DNA of 64,000 nucleotides from Chrysemys picta bellii (lineage: Eukaryota). The stretch's first letter is position 1, and each line of letters begins with the position of its first letter. Below the pieces are notes generated by a model. That model was not told where the DNA came from and ran no database searches. It saw only the letters and a list, made by a program, of their open reading frames with translations. Positions 62,008 through 64,000 of this stretch are shown here, piece by piece. The stretch is from positions 15,438,001-15,502,000 of the forward strand of contig NC_088794.1 in assembly GCF_011386835.1 (NCBI RefSeq), in the 5' to 3' direction. The translations under genes were made by a program, and so were the position numbers.

Positions 62008-64000
62008 CTGCTGGTTGCTGCTGCATTGGCGGCAGAATAGTCCCCATTCTGCCCTTTATACTTGGCGTTGTTCATGGTGTTGCTACAAGACATGGTTTTC
62101 CCAGGGGGCTCCAGTGACATCCGCCTGCCCTGCGTGCTGCTGGGGGCACTCCTGTGGGTGGAGCTGACCCGGCGCATCCCCTCTGCAGCCTGGGAGCCAT
62201 ACCCCACCATGTTGTGGCCATAGGTCACGGGTGTGCTAACGTTCCTGGAGGATGTGGATGTTCTCGTGTAGGACCGATCGGGTTCAGACACGTACAGGCG
62301 CTTCTTGATCAGCGGGCGGCTGTCTGCGCTGTAGACAGGAGGGCCAGTGGAGTAACTGCCACCTGCGTAATGTTGACTGAAGCCGCTATTCCTCGTACCG
62401 CTGTTTGGGGCCATTTTGGAGGGCAGGACGTAACTGTTGCCATAGCCGTAGCTTGGACGTCGGATATTCTGCTGCCTTTCCCAGGGTTGGCTGTAATCTG
62501 GGAAACTGCGGTCTCTGCGGCTCTCTGCCACGTTTGAAGAAGCTTCCTCGACCCTGTTGGCGTCATTGCTGAACTCTGGTGGTGGTGGGATGATCTCGAA
62601 GTCAAGCTTCTCTCCATTTTCTTCCTCCTCCTTGGGCAAGGAGCTAGGAGGTGAAGAGACAGCGTACAGGGGAAGGTCAGGTTTGGGGGGCAGGTCTTGT
62701 GGTCTCAAGTGTCTGGACTCCAAGAGGCCTTGAACTAAACTGGAGGCACCAAATCTGTCTGGCTTGGAAAGGCGCTGGGACTCCCCAGCGCTAGTTTTCT
62801 GCATGCTCTGGCTTTGCTCAGAAGTGCTGGAGAATGACAGTGGTTTGTAGGCTCTCTGTCCTGGTTCCGAGAAGCCCAGTGCCTTGCCTTCAGGTGTGAC
62901 CATCCTGTCATGCTGCTTTCCCTCCAAAAGGGCAGGTGACTCCTTCGGCGGGGACTTTGGTACCACCACAAAAGAGTAGGGCTTGGACTCACTGTAGTAG
63001 AAGTTGGTCGAGCCAGTTTCTGACTGGCTGCTGCTGCCGCTGCTGAGTTTCTCGGATAGCTTAACGGGGGGCTTTTTGGACAAATAACTGTTCTGGCGGG
63101 AGGCAGATTGCCTGCCTCTTTGGGCCCGCTGTTTTGCAGCCAGGAGGAGAGCCATTGGAGAGCCTTTCTCCACCTTTTCTCCTGTGACTGGGTGGATCAG
63201 GGCATCGTCATCCTCCTGGTCTGCATTCATGGAGGAAGAGGATGGCTGTGAAGGCACCCGTGGCTTCTCAGCAGAGCACAGGATTGTGCCTCTTTCTGCA
63301 TCATGTTTGTTTGTACTGACTGGTCCCTCCTCCACAGTTTGGGAGGGGGTCAGAGAGGATAGACTGTCTGTGGAGCTGGTCTTGGCCCGATGGGTCTTGT
63401 ATTGGACAAGAGAAAAGTCTGTGTATGGCCCAGAGGTTTGTGTGAGAGAGGTAGCCTCTATAGAAGAGGGTGAAGAGGAGGCTAGAACAAAGAGTTGGTC
63501 CTTTGGTTTCTGAGGTGGGTCTGGAGACTTCCGAACATTTTCAGATGGCGGGTATCCTGGAACAGGGTTTAAGTTCTCCAAAGTCTTATTACTGGTGAGG
63601 GCACTGGGAGTCTTACGATCCTCCTGTGTCTTCTCAACTTCCACTGAAGCTGCTGTGGGTGGGAGCTGATTGGCAACAGGTTTTGGCAGCCTGGAGTCAC
63701 CAGAATTTGTCTGGCTGCTACCAGAATTCAGGGTAACTCTGTTTGTACCTGGACTGTGTCTGTGATTTGTAAGTCCTATTGGTGGTTTACTTTCCTTTGT
63801 TGGGGAGAGTAGTGCTTCCAGCTCGTTCCTGAATTTCATAACACTGTTTGCTTGTGTGTTGGTGGGTTTATTGACTGGAGCAGAGAAAACCGAGGAGGAG
63901 TTCTCTTTTGCAGTGAGTGAATTAGTAGGTATCTTCTCTTTCCTCTCACTTTCCCCCCCTGCTGGTAACTGTGGATCCTTCAAAGTAGGTTTAGCTTGTT
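62008..64000 (-). CDS. C6orf132: C6orf132 homolog, large Pro/Ser-rich penultimate exon (5' part lies beyond the window)
   Basis: Frame is open to the window edge. Blocks HPVTGEKVEKGSPMALLLAAKQRAQ, DFEIIPPPPEFSND, LIKKRLYVSEP and MRRVSS match recalled C6orf132 motifs. Donor CAG|gtacgt at 62008/62007, phase 2. Confidence 0.88.

Noticed and set aside
1-64000. CRISPR arrays, rRNA, bona fide tRNA or snoRNA genes
   Set aside because: None were seen. The palindromic repeats are MITEs with TIRs and TSDs, not repeat-spacer arrays.

Overview
Vertebrate genomic DNA, most likely turtle (tortoise-type tRNA/CR1 SINE, CR1 LINEs, GC-rich hAT MITEs, palindromic Harbinger-type MITEs). Five protein-coding genes were reconstructed by hand from splice sites and reading phase. 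ADORA3 (+, 2 coding exons, 322 aa). A C1orf162 orthologue (-, 5 coding exons, 130 aa) that the ORF track shows only in fragments. ATP5PB (-, 7 exons, 252 aa) head-to-head with WDR77/MEP50 (+, 10 exons, 342 aa) across a CpG-island bidirectional promoter with four TCGCGA elements. The 3' part of C6orf132 (-), which runs off the window end. Most interesting points: C1orf162 reads as a small ITIM-bearing transmembrane adaptor with an N-myristoylation consensus; no TMIGD3 Ig exon was found where mammals have it; the A3 receptor keeps A1/A2A-like pocket and loop residues; WDR77 lies next to C6orf132 (human 1p13 versus 6p21); and young multi-hairpin MITEs sit in or near transcripts. Most long GC-rich ORFs in the track are artefacts of MITEs or the CpG island. 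All comparisons to human proteins are from recall, not from database searches.
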